This document shows, one piece after another, positions 41,555-54,184 of a stretch of DNA of 64,000 bases. The stretch's first letter is position 1, and the number at the start of each line of letters is the position of its first letter. The stretch lies in contig JAQGDQ010000956.1 of assembly GCA_030141605.1 (NCBI GenBank), positions 12,579 to 76,578 of the forward strand, in the 5' to 3' direction. Origin of the DNA: Tubiluchus corallicola. Lineage: Eukaryota; Animalia; Priapulida. Made by a program: the position numbers and the translations under genes. Under the pieces are notes generated by a model. It searched no databases. It saw nothing but the letters and a program-made list of their open reading frames with translations, and was not told the DNA's origin.

Positions 41555-41589
<35 letters not shown>

Positions 41590-41615
41590 ACATATATATA
41601 TATATATATACATAT

Positions 41616-41682
<67 letters not shown>
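41510..41682. repeat. (TA)n microsatellite
   Basis: Direct reading. Confidence 0.95.
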
Positions 41683-41685
<3 letters not shown>

Positions 41686-41708
41686 TCTGTGGCCTTGGTA
41701 TATTCCAA

Positions 41709-41915
41709 TTTTAAGTATTAACTGATGGATTACTTGTGTTTTTGAGCTAACTAACTATGTATGTAACTATGTTCTTGATAACCAGTTGTATATATCTGTT
41801 CTCAACTAAAATGTATTTGTTGAACAGTGGAAAAACTCCGATCAGTTAATGTTACTCTATGTCAATCCACTTAAAATAAATATAGCTTATATATATATAT
41901 ATATATATATATATT
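41709..41915 (+). mobile_element. Dispersed repeat C, uninterrupted copy (retroposon-like 3' end)
   Basis: atggattacttgtgtttttga...gataaccagttgtatatatctgtt...cacttaaaataaa followed by (TA)n. Confidence 0.65.
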
Positions 41916-42033
41916 TACAAATAATATGAGAAACAGTACATTCTTAAATTGTTACTAAAATGCATTATAGTTGTCAGTTCTGTGAACGCAACCCTTTTTG
42001 TCAACTGTAGTCATTTTCCGTAAAAAATAATGT

Positions 42034-43443
42034 GTACACACAAATATTTAGGGTCAAAATTCAACAGGCGCCTAACAGTAAACTGAGAAATAAATGTTTA
42101 AGTGTAAGCAGGCGTGTAGCAAGTTGATTCGACAAAATTCAGATCAAAGAAAGTGGTTTTTAGGTTTTCCTTTACGTTCGTTCTCTCTTACGTTCTTTCT
42201 TACTCTCTCGCTCAGCAGAAAAAAAGCAAGTGTGTAATCTGTAAGAATCGAAGTTTCATTTGTCTTAAACGTTTCCCGATAACAGAAGTATTTCCAGAAA
42301 TAACGTGAAAGGTCAAAATGTTAGCCTTTTTTTTATAAATCATTCATGCGCGGACAGAATGTATACAGAGACAGCAACAAATATAGTTTGTTTGGTCTGA
42401 CTTTGTTGACACAGTTTTACTGCGTGTGGCCTACGTTTGCTTTCCTTCAAATATTTATTTCTTAATTTTCAGTAGGACGAAAATTGAACTTTGACCCTGA
42501 ATATTTTTGCGTGAACGCCAATGGTTAAAATTCGTAAAAAATAACCTATTTTGCTCAAGATTTAGCACAGTGCTATGAGACGTTTCAGTATTAAATATAT
42601 GGGTTCATTATTTATGCCTAAATATTTTCTAAAATTTTCTATAATATCTGTTCGGGGACTATTGAAATTTCAATTAACAGGCCTCATCTGAGACCAAATT
42701 TGTCAGTAACAGTCCTTGCTATTTTTTCTGAAAAAAATGTTTTTTCGGAAGGTTAATAAAACGTTTAACCCTTTCAGTCCCAAATTATTTTTTTAATAAG
42801 AAAAAAATTTTTGGCTTGGCACTTTCGTTCAGTATGTCTATCTTGTTTACCCATAATAATTATTTTTTTCTACCTGTGCCCGCGTGTTAAATATAGCCTG
42901 TATCCCAAGGGATACATTGGGATTCAATGGAAGCATAAAATGTGCTTCATTTTGCAACTGCTGATAATTTTTTAAAGTTTTTAAGACATTTAGTATGCAC
43001 GCTATGCTGATCTGTACAAAGTCGTCTCTAAAGTACTGTACCTTGCACAATTTTTTATGCTATGTAGATTTTCTAGTTTGCCATTTTATCACCATTTTTA
43101 GTCTATTGTTATTGGCTTAAGTCAAAATAACTATTAACAGATCAAATAACTGTCAGTTTTAAAATTTTATTAATTTTAAAGGCAGAAAATATTCTCGTAT
43201 CTCACGGGATACAACGGGTATGAAAGGGTTAATGTAAAATGTTTAAGATAAATGAAATTTCCGTTCTTATGGAATAATTTTGTTCCACAAGTGCTTGTAG
43301 TGAACGTACATATAAGAAACTCGACTTTATTTGGTCTGAATTTGCCTAATAAATCAGCTACACGCGTTTTTACACTTAAACACTTATTTCTCAATTTACT
43401 ATTAGACGTCTGTTGAATTTCGCCCCAGAATATTTTTGTGTAC
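42034..43443. mobile_element. DNA element(s) with ~120-bp diverged inverted ends enclosing a piggyBac MITE
   Basis: gtacacacaaatatttagggtcaaaattcaacag...aaattcagatcaaag is the inverse of 43323-43443; a third terminus-like copy lies at ~42480-42518. Confidence 0.55.
42769..43228. mobile_element. piggyBac-type MITE
   Basis: TTAA|CCCTTTCAGTCCC ... GGGTATGAAAGGG|TTAA. Confidence 0.85.
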
Positions 43444-43633
43444 CCGCCCGCTGACTAAAATCAGTAAACGATAAACTGTGATCGATAAACATTTTGTTTA
43501 CTTAAATTTTGTTGTTTTACACACCTGTGCGGTTATGCCTAAAATGAAAAGGAAATATCTTTCTTCGTTAAGCATGTGAGCAGGTCAAGAAGCTTTTCCA
43601 TTTCAATTATATATAATATCATTTTTATTCCTA

Positions 43634-44275
43634 CTCGTGGTAAATTCACGTCAAATAAACAAACAGATCAATAAGCAAATAACATTAATATTAATAATAT
43701 TAGTAAGCAATGTACATATATTGTATTGTATATATATATATACAATTCAGTGAGAGTAAGATACGGCGTACAACTCATTCCTGTCAAAAAAAATCAAAAC
43801 AATTACGTTCTAGAGCCCATGTAACTTCTTTAATGAAATTTACAATCCGTATTTGTTCATCGCTAGCATTATCTCTTACATCTAATGTACAAGAAAAAAC
43901 TTTAGAAAGAAAATTTTCGTTTGTCTAAAAAGTTTTGTACTCGTTACAAATAGATAACAAATTATAACCCATTATAGAAGGGGCATGAAATCGAGAATTA
44001 CGTGCAAAGAAATTGGCTATATGATTTTCACTATATAAGCAACTATGGCAAAATTTAACAAATCGGTTTTGTAGTAGTTTAAGCGGGAGAACAATATCAC
44101 ATATAAAAGGAAGATAGTATCAGTGTGATTTAAATCTTTACGGAATTCTATTCAATTCAATAGCTTTTACAGAAAACGATCAGGCCGCTATGGGTTTGCG
44201 TTCATGTATTGTTAAGTTAATTTGTCTCGTTGGAAAATAGATCTAAAATGGAAATAAACCAGCTATACGTTTTTA
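43634..44275 (-). mobile_element. Dispersed repeat B, inverted copy
   Basis: e.g. gatcaggccgctatggg / cccatagcggcctgatc; collinear over ~640 bp. Confidence 0.7.
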
Positions 44276-44341
44276 TAATAGCTAACCATTGCTACTAAGT
44301 ATTGTCGTTGCATGGTAATATTTTTGACAGTGAAAGTACTA

Positions 44342-44834
44342 AAGAAGCCAACTTTAGTAACCGGAATGACCTAGAGAACTTTTTTTAGTTAATGGGAAAC
44401 CCTGAGATATTTAAAATTACAAATTGAGAGATTCTATAGTTTATTAAGAAGCCAACTTTACTAACCGGAATGACCTAGAGAACTTTTTTTAGTTAATGAG
44501 AAAACCTGAGATATTTAAAATTACAAATTGAGAAATTCTATAGCTTATTAAGAAGCCAACTTTACTAACCGGATGACCTAGTGAACTTTATATAGTTAAT
44601 GGGAAACCCGGAGATATTTAAAATTACAAATTGAGAAATTCTATACTTTATTAAGAAGCCAACTTTACTAACCGGAATGACCTAGAGAACTTTTTTTAGT
44701 TAATGGGAAATCCTGAGATATTTAAAATTACAAATTGAGAGATTCTATAGTTTATTAAAAAGCCAACTTTACTAACCGGAATGACCTAGAGGACTTTATT
44801 TAGTTAATGGGAAATCCTGAGATATTTAAAATTA
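44342..44834. repeat. 104-bp tandem repeat, ~4.7 units, containing the K2 terminus
   Basis: aagaagccaacttta(c/g)taaccgg at 44342, 44446, 44550, 44653 and ~44757. Confidence 0.9.
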
Positions 44835-44955
44835 CTGGCAAAATCTGCTATGAGATGATGGAAAAACGGAGAAAACTATTGAATAGATAAAAACAATGTG
44901 AATCACCTATTAGTACATTAGTTTTATCATTTAGATGTTCACAAATTCTGTGCTT
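44804..44955 (+). mobile_element. Family K2 terminus (second copy)
   Basis: ttaatgggaaatcctgagatatttaaaattac...ggagaaaactattg...ctgtgctt, inverse match to 21650-21792. Confidence 0.6.
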
Positions 44956-46291
44956 TTTACGGTGTACAACTTACTTCCTGGTCTTAGTTGCAGGACGAGC
45001 TCCAATAGGTTTCCATAAGTTTCCATAAGGCGCCAATTTCTGAAAGTAATTCTTTAATTTTGAAATTTATCCTGAATAATAACACGTTGTATGTGTAATT
45101 GTTTAAGTGCACAGCAGTAATTGAATGAAACAAAGTAACTGCGTTATTTTCTTATCGAGACGTAAGAGTCTTGGATGCCAGCGAGTGTCTTCACGCAGAA
45201 AAACACCTTAGTTTTGCTTTATCAAGTTTTCTAAGATTATTCCACCAAAGAGTACAGAATTTATCGATTTTGATAAAAAGCATTACTACTACTATTAAAT
45301 TACTGACGTTTTATTGTATATAATGCATATGCGAACGAAATGTTCCGGGGGTGGAAAGAGGCGGGAGGAGGGGGGTGGGTGGTGATCGTATGTACTGCAA
45401 AAGTAGATGCGCGTCCACCACCTCACGCAGACACCCAAGACCTACAATGACGTCATAAATTCAACTTCAAATTCAATCAACACAAGCTGTAGGTAGGTAA
45501 TTGACTACACTTAATTAGTGCACTATATAATAACGTACCATTATAATTTATTGTATTATTATACAAGGAAAATTCATTATTGGGAGTGAAGTGTGGACCG
45601 TGGGGGGGGGGTAGGATTTTGCAGTTGAGGAAGCCCTTAAAAACACCTTTGCCTTATAAACTACCCAGACCCGGCCGTGCTTAGTTCTACACTCTTTCTT
45701 TCATTGTTTTTGCTTAAACTATATGAAACGTCGGTCTCTTGTGGCTCAGAACTGAGTCCCTATTTGATGTCGTTGTATTATTTACACCTAAATGTTTAAC
45801 AGGTTACACGAAAATAAACAGTAACCCACAAAGGATAGAAGCAGGTTGCTAAAACGCAAAGCGCAATTTATGTTTTGTTCTTTCATCTTTCCTTTTATTT
45901 GGCCTCGTAATTATACAAGTGCAAAATCAGGAAAATAAGTGAGGGGGGGGGCAAAAATAAAAGGGATGATATTAAGATGAAAAAGTGAATAATATGGAAC
46001 GTGAGTTTTAACATGAGATAAAGGGAGGGGAAATATTAGTGGGACAAATACCGTGATTCGGACAGATGAAACCACCAGATGGGCCACCGAAACCAATTTT
46101 CAAGTAAATGTTCACCGTCCAAACGCAAGTAGGATCATCTCTGCTAAAAGGCTAAACATGTCGTGAAATGGGGTAGTGTCCGACACGGGCAATGAGTTTT
46201 ACGTTTTCCTAAAACCTGTTAATTTACCTGGACGTTGTTTCAGTGTGGAAATGAATAAAGTTTCTGTTGGTTTTTCTATCATTGTTTTTTA

Positions 46292-46617
46292 CTGACACAT
46301 CACATTGTTAATATTGATACATTATATTGTTAATATCGACACATTACATTGTTAGTAACGAAACATCACATTGTCAATATTGATACATCACATTGTTAAT
46401 ACTGTACACATCACATTGTTAATACTGTACACATCACATTGTTAATACTGACACACCACATTGTTAATATTGATACATCACATTGTTAATATTGATACAT
46501 CACATTGTTAATATTGATACATCACATTGTTAGTATTGATACATCACATTGCTAATATTGACACGTCACATTGTTAATATTGATACATCACATTGTTAAT
46601 ATTGACACTTGTTAATA
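46292..46617. repeat. 22-bp minisatellite, ~14 units
   Basis: acatcacattgttaatattgat. Confidence 0.9.
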
Positions 46618-47304
46618 AGACACAGTGTGTGTCTTACTACTAATTTTTGTATAATGCTGTCTTTTCGTTTTCTACTCTTGTTTTTATATGAAAGAAATTC
46701 TAAAATATACGTTTAAAATTCATTCAATTATGGAAAATATGAATTTTATTATTCAATTTAATATATTTTAATGGGGAATGTTTTTATAGTTATTGGAACC
46801 CGTCATAATACCTAGGTATGCTTTTGAACCTCATCTCATCGCTTTTACGCGTATGAGATTACAGACGCGTCGGTTAAGAATTGACCACTTGATGGGCCAG
46901 AGAGTCAAAAGAAAGTAGATTAGCTGATGTGGGAGCATAGAAACAGAGGAACATATTTTATGTTCTTGTCCTTTAACTGGGTAAAAAAGAGCAAGTTATA
47001 CTGATGTTGATTCTTGTACTGCTGTACCTGTGAAAAGAGACAGGTACGCTTGTAAAATTCGTGTTCATGTTTTAAACACACACGTTTAAGAATATTCGCC
47101 ATTTTGTTCGTAGAAAGGCATTAAGTTGAGTTTGTTTATACATGTATATACAAGGAGCATCGTATTTTTGTATAGTTTCTTATTGTATTGTACTAATTCA
47201 TAAGAACTTTCTTATCTGTTGTCAGGTACATGTGTACAGTTTTAATGTTTACTTTTGATGCGTAATTTTTGTGAACGTCAAATTTATTTGGACTTTTGAC
47301 AATA

Positions 47305-47625
<321 letters not shown>

Positions 47626-48282
47626 TGCGATGTTGCTTCTCTGAAAGAGAATGTCAGCCTCCTACATTGATGCGGGGTGTGCAGATTTCCCGGCATATTT
47701 ACCAAGCGGCTGCAAACATAATTTATCTGACACAAGCCTGGCATTTGTCTTGTCCCGAGGAGTTATTTTTGGTGTCTTCTAGAGCGTACACACCTTTTCT
47801 AAACCGTCATATGACATAACAGTGTAAACAAATAACGTGTATGTCTTTACCCCGAGGTGTTTTCTATTCGTGTCGGGTCCTGACAGTGATGAACGACGTT
47901 CCGATTTGTAATATTGCACGTAGTTGAACAGCACTGAACCGCTTTACTTTTTTATTCTGCTGTAATGTTCAGCCGTGTTGGATATGTGCTTATTTTCGTA
48001 CAGGCACAAACGTATTGGCACTTTCTTTATTATTGTACTAAATAGATGGACGCATGACAGATGACAGGTTTTTTTCATGCAAAAATTGAATAAAGACGGA
48101 TATAATTGCATTTACAATAAAAAGACAATTAAAAACACATTAGCTGCAAACAACATGATGATAAAAAATATACTAACATCAAACAGAGAGCAATACTAAT
48201 ACAACCTACTCGTAGGAAATACGCAATAAAAACACAGAACAATTATTAAAAAATCAAATATAAAACTAAAACTATCTAGATA

Positions 48283-48781
<499 letters not shown>

Positions 48782-48782
48782 T

Positions 48783-49085
48783 CGCCAGCATCATATTACT
48801 ACCATTTAAAAGCCTTTTCATATAGGGTATAGGTGAATAAAACATTCGGTTTGTTTTACGTGTATCATCAAGCAAGGTTTTCCTTTTTCTTAATTGCATC
48901 GAACATAAATGAACAGGTAATAAATAACAATGTCTTTTTGAATTTTTCACTTTAAGCGCGAGTTTTAAGACAAGGTCAGTGCGTCTTTGTAGCTTGTACA
49001 CCGAGGGTCTACAATAATTTTGCAAACTCTTATTTGAACATGTTCTCTTTCATTGACCAATTCTTTTGAGATCGAAGAGTGTCAA
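48783..49085 (-). mobile_element. Non-LTR retrotransposon 3' end running into a (TAGA)n tail
   Basis: ...[20 protein letters not shown], then AATAAA and the tetranucleotide array. Confidence 0.6.
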
Positions 49086-49399
49086 AGGGGTATATATAAT
49101 TCTAAATCAGGTCTAATGTACGTGCAATATATTTTTACAGAATCCATCAATCCAGTAATACAACGATTCGAAAATGGTATAATGATAATAGTAGTGGTAT
49201 AGTAATAGTATCTTGTATACCTAATATAGCTAATTAATATAAGCTTGAGATGCGTGAGTTATTTGGAAATATTTCATTTAATTTTCTGAATAAAATGTAA
49301 TGATTTTTTTTAGAAATAATTAGACATAGTTTATTGGATACCTTCTTCAATATATTTACAGTAGAAAGTTTGTCGGTTCTTTTTCACTACTTCATATAG

Positions 49400-49520
49400 G
49401 CTTATATATTCATCACTCGAAAATCATCTTTTGATTACTGATGTTCTTAGAGCACGTAAAGGAACCTACACAAAATTCCGCGTTAGCGCGCATAGACTTC
49501 AAAATGAACGTGGTTTACAA
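49400..49520 (+). mobile_element. Short non-LTR ORF2 relic
   Basis: TKFRVSAHRLQNERG motif. Confidence 0.5.
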
Positions 49521-49559
49521 ATAATGATGGTTCAAAAATATTTATGATTATAAATAGTA

Positions 49560-49589
49560 TAATAGTAATAATAATAAAAATAAAATAAA

Positions 49590-49636
<47 letters not shown>

Positions 49637-49681
49637 TAATAATAATAATAGTAATCTTTTATTTAAAGTCGGGTTTGGGTC

Positions 49682-49690
<9 letters not shown>
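49560..49690 (-). mobile_element. Isolated retroposon 3' tail shared with the SINE
   Basis: Minus strand GACCCAAACCCGACTTTAAATAAAAG + (ATT)n, compared with GACCCAATAGCCGACTTTAAATAAAG + (ATT)n of the SINE. Confidence 0.6.
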
Positions 49691-49751
<61 letters not shown>

Positions 49752-49953
49752 AGGTGCTAGGACCCGTCTTACTAACAAATTGCGAAATGTATGTAACAGC
49801 GAAGAACCAGCCGCAGGAACACGAAATGACTTTTGTGTGACAGTAATTCTTTCACGTAAGTCATTCTTCAAAAAATAGTACGTTCACTTTAAATATTTTA
49901 AAAAGTAGATTGTTTTGACCTACAGTTTAACATTGGGTACTGTTTTCCTTTAA
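49752..49953 (-). mobile_element. Kolobok-like element K1, terminal fragment
   Basis: tgtaacagcgaagaacc...tcacgtaagtcatt...tgttttcct|TTAA matches the K1 end. Confidence 0.75.
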
Positions 49954-50304
49954 ACAACATGTATTAAAAGAGAGCGAGAAAATTAAAATATTACGAAACA
50001 AATGCTTTTAAAATTTTGATAAGAAATTGTAATGTAATGCTTTTAGATATATTCGCTACACATATTGCTAAATATACTACGTAGAAAATTAGTTTTAATA
50101 ATTTAGAAAATGCTAAATTTTTTGTATGATTTTTTCATATTAAAAATATGAAATTTTGTGCAAAATACTTTGAGCTAAGCATCTCTCTTTAACACAAACT
50201 GCATTTTTCGAATGTCTGACATGAATTATGCTATTGAATAAGTTCAATGAAATACATTATCGCATGATTAAATTCGTTTTACGTTATGTGTCTGGGTTTC
50301 ATAT

Positions 50305-50538
50305 TTTTTGTGTGTTTTTATTATAGATTTTAGACCATAAATAGATCATTATAATACAACATATAGAAACGGTCGTAAAGTGTTTGCAATAAAATATTAT
50401 TTAATATATATATATATATATTTCTCTACGACCATAGAGAAAACTGTGTATGGAAGTACCTATGCACAGCCTGGTTCTATATGTTGTATTATAATGATCT
50501 ATTTATGGTCTAAAATCTATAATAAAAACACACAAAAA
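50305..50538. repeat. Perfect 64-bp inverted repeat with 106-bp spacer
   Basis: 50305-50368 is the exact reverse complement of 50475-50538. Confidence 0.9.
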
Positions 50539-50961
50539 TATATATATATATATATATAATGTTTATTTATTCTAAATTTTAAAAACGATTTATTGAAGGA
50601 GATTATCTGTAAAAATAGAAACACGCTGGCTTTTGTTTAGCAGCATGGCGACTGTTATTAAATCAAAAGTTAAGAAAAAGCAAAAATGTAAGGTACGGAA
50701 AATTTCTCAAATTGATTTAATAAAGTTCAAAAACCAAATAAGCAAACTGCGTAAAATGTATAAAAAATAGGTGTTTGAGCCAAAAATGAGGTCAATCCTG
50801 GGTACAGAAGGTATTAAAATTGTAGGTATAGAAGTATGCAAGTGGATATGTTATTCCGAGCATTCAAGGCATTTAAATACCTCAGCTATGGCATCTATAA
50901 TTCTTGTCCAGTTGAACTTGCCTTGAACTAAGCTCACTTTTCTCCTTTGTATTAATTTGCA

Positions 50962-50962
50962 C

Positions 50963-51055
<93 letters not shown>

Positions 51056-51098
51056 TATTATTATTATTGTTATTATTGTTATTGTTATTATTATTATT

Positions 51099-51135
<37 letters not shown>

Positions 51136-51262
51136 ACATTATTATTATTATTATTATTATCATTGTGTGACAACATCCACTATGCAGTAGCCATAAGATA
51201 TGAAGCTTTGCTTAATAATTTGTTACTTACCAGCAATGCAAACATCATCATCATCATCATCA

Positions 51263-51307
<45 letters not shown>
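50962..51307. repeat. (TAT)n/(CAT)n microsatellites (two blocks)
   Basis: Direct reading. Confidence 0.9.
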
Positions 51308-51308
<1 letters not shown>

Positions 51309-51670
51309 ACGAACTTTTTTGTTATTAAAGTAAATTTATGGTGACTTTTTTTAGTTTTGCTTTAATCTGATTATAGTTTTTGTTAATTTATCTTATCTAA
51401 CCTGCTGCGTTTTAATTCTGAAAGTTTCAAATTTTGCTTAAAATTGTAACTTGCAATATTAAGTATAAATAATTAGCTGACGGTCAGCTATGAGTGCAGA
51501 AAACGCAAAATAACCTACAATACATCACGACAGTATAAAGCTACAAGTCTATAAACTAGAACAATGTCTACTCTATACAAAAATGTACAGCACAATCAGC
51601 GTTAATGGATTTTTCAGCATAATTGCTAAGAGACTGTAGCTAATATAGTTTTCAGTAACTTTGTGCAATA

Positions 51671-52167
51671 CAGTGTGCCCCTCACTTATCGCGGGTGTTT
51701 CGTTCCAGGCCCACCCGCGATAAGTGAATTTCCGCGAAGTAGGGACGCTATACTTATTTTAGTAGTTATACATTATTCGTGTGTTGTGTACAATCTCACG
51801 TCGGCAAGCAGCATCTCAAGCGGGCGCAAGTACTACATTTCGTTTTTGGTGTGTATTCATCCGCTGAATATATACACTATTTACTGTAAATGGTAATTTT
51901 TTATGATTTATAATATCCTTTTAATGTTAGAATTAATATTTTTCATATATTTTTATACATTTTGTGATTTTTTATGCAAAATTCATCAAATCTATACATT
52001 ACTGTACAATACGTTCTACGCATGTGCAAAAATATTTTGGACGGAGTACCGCAAAATCCCGCGAAACAGCGAAAATACCGCGATAAATATTTTACATTAA
52101 TATTTTTGAAAACCCGCGAAACAGCGAGTCCGCGATAAACGAACCGCGAAGTAGCAAGGAAAAACTG
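51671..52167. mobile_element. Tc1/mariner-pogo (Tigger-like) MITE
   Basis: TA|CAGT ... ACTG|TA with multiple subterminal CCGCGA(T)AA motifs. Confidence 0.75.
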
Positions 52168-52488
52168 TAATAAGGCCCGTAGATGATTCCTTTGCATAAC
52201 TATAACACTTTTCCTATTCAATTTAGAAAATATATTAAGGTTCAAGAAATATACGATAACGCTTAAATATTTATCGTAAACTATTAATGCAGCAATTAAT
52301 TGTAGGCCTGCGTACTAAAATAATGGATTTAGAATATTTCTTATAGTTTAGCACGAAACACTTGTCATATATCTCAATTTACTAAACTCAGTTTGTCTTA
52401 CGTTCTAATATACACAAAACAATGTTAAAAATTAGGATTGTCTGCAAAATTATAGTTAAATTAAATTTATTCGCTTATTTTTTAATAT

Positions 52489-53123
52489 TTAAAGAAAAAC
52501 CGGATTTAATCTTAAACTGTAGGTCAAAGCAATCTACTCTTTAAAATATTGAAAGGAAACACACAATTTTTTACTATTTTTTAAAAAATGACTTACATGA
52601 AAGAATTATTACCACACAAACGTAATTTCGCCTTCGCGCCACTAGTTCTTCGCTGTTACGTGCATTTCGCCATTCGCTAGCTAGACGGGCATTAGCGCCT
52701 GCATTTTGGAAACGCGTTGCACAAAAAATGTGTTGCACCTCTCAGTTCAGATGTGTTCGTTTGCGACGAACTACACACGTTCACGCTCGTGCGCGAGCAC
52801 AGCGGTAAATTCGAAATTATAATTTTTATCTTAAAATTTTCCTAGTTTTAGTATAACACACTGAATATCTTACAGTAACAGTGTACTTCAATTTTCGCTT
52901 TCACAAACACGTGCAACACGTTCAAGGAATATTTTAGCAGTTGAAAATTATGTTAGTTTGTAATGTCATCACTAGTTATGATGTCGCGCGTCGTTAACTA
53001 AGCTTTTACTCTATTATTTAATTATCAGAAACGCATTTGCAGCATTATTGCTATTAAAATGTATACTTTTTATCGGACTTGAAAATGGGGTAGTATATGA
53101 AAAATCATCCTGTCTTCCTTTAA
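52489..53123 (+). mobile_element. Kolobok-like element K1, full-length
   Basis: TTAA|AGAAAAACCGG ... CCTGTCTTCCT|TTAA. Confidence 0.85.
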
Positions 53124-53882
53124 TGAAAATGTTTGAAATTGAAAAGCTTGAAAATGTTTGAATTCAAGAAGAATCATCGGCGCGGTGCATGTATCTCGTA
53201 AAAGCTTCATTCAAGTAAAATTCATTCTACCGGATTCCTATTATCAGCCTGCCCAGACATCGTAAAACTTAATTATGCTCGTGACGTCAGCGTTACCATA
53301 GTTACCAAGTATAAAACTCATCAGATTATTCATTTAAGAAACGTGCTGCTTATTATTTTGATTCTCCTCTCTCTCGGAAACCCACTATATCTTGCTCGCT
53401 GGGATTTTTATCAAATCAAGACGTTTGCGTGGAAGATCTTTATGCAGCAAGCTCTAGCCTGGGAAGTAGCAGCGGAACAGCTTGAGAATAGCAAGGCCGC
53501 CATTTTGTCGATAAATCATACCGTATAGGCTATACATTTAATTTTCTGACGGCTCCTCCTAAAAATGTTCGAACTGACGAATTAAAATTGGACTCGTGGT
53601 AGGCTTGCGCAACTTACTGAATTAGCAAAAATTGTGTAATTCTGTTCTCTAATAGTTATTAAGTCTATAGCTTTTGACAAAGCGGCTGGTCTATATAGGC
53701 TTATTATAGGGTGCCTACATTCTGCTATAGTTACGTGTTGCTATATTAAAAAAAACGCTCTAAAAGGTTCCATAGCATCTATCGTGACATTTGTATTATT
53801 TATTTGAGAATTGCTACACTCTAATAAATAGGAACTTTTCTTAATCTCATTAGGCTACGGTTTCGAGAAATTAATTAACGGA

Positions 53883-53916
53883 ATCATCATCATCGTCGTC
53901 GTCGTTGTCGAGGCCG

Positions 53917-53961
<45 letters not shown>

Positions 53962-54184
53962 CCACCACCATCACCATCGCCATCACCATCACAATCATCA
54001 ACATCATCATCATCACCATCACCATTAACATCAGTTTCATAATCATTATCATCATCTTTATCATCATCATTATATCATCATCACCACCACCATCACCATC
54101 ACCATCACCATCACCATCATCACCATCACCATCACCATCACCATCATCATCATCATCATCATCACCATCGTCATCATCATCATA
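53883..54184. repeat. (CAT)n/(CAC)n low-complexity tract
   Basis: Direct reading. Confidence 0.9.

Noticed and set aside
46072-46085. CCACCAGATGGGCC as a CTCF boundary site (also CTAGTGGCGC in K1 copies)
   Set aside because: Departs from the consensus at informative positions; cannot be supported without a matrix scan or ChIP
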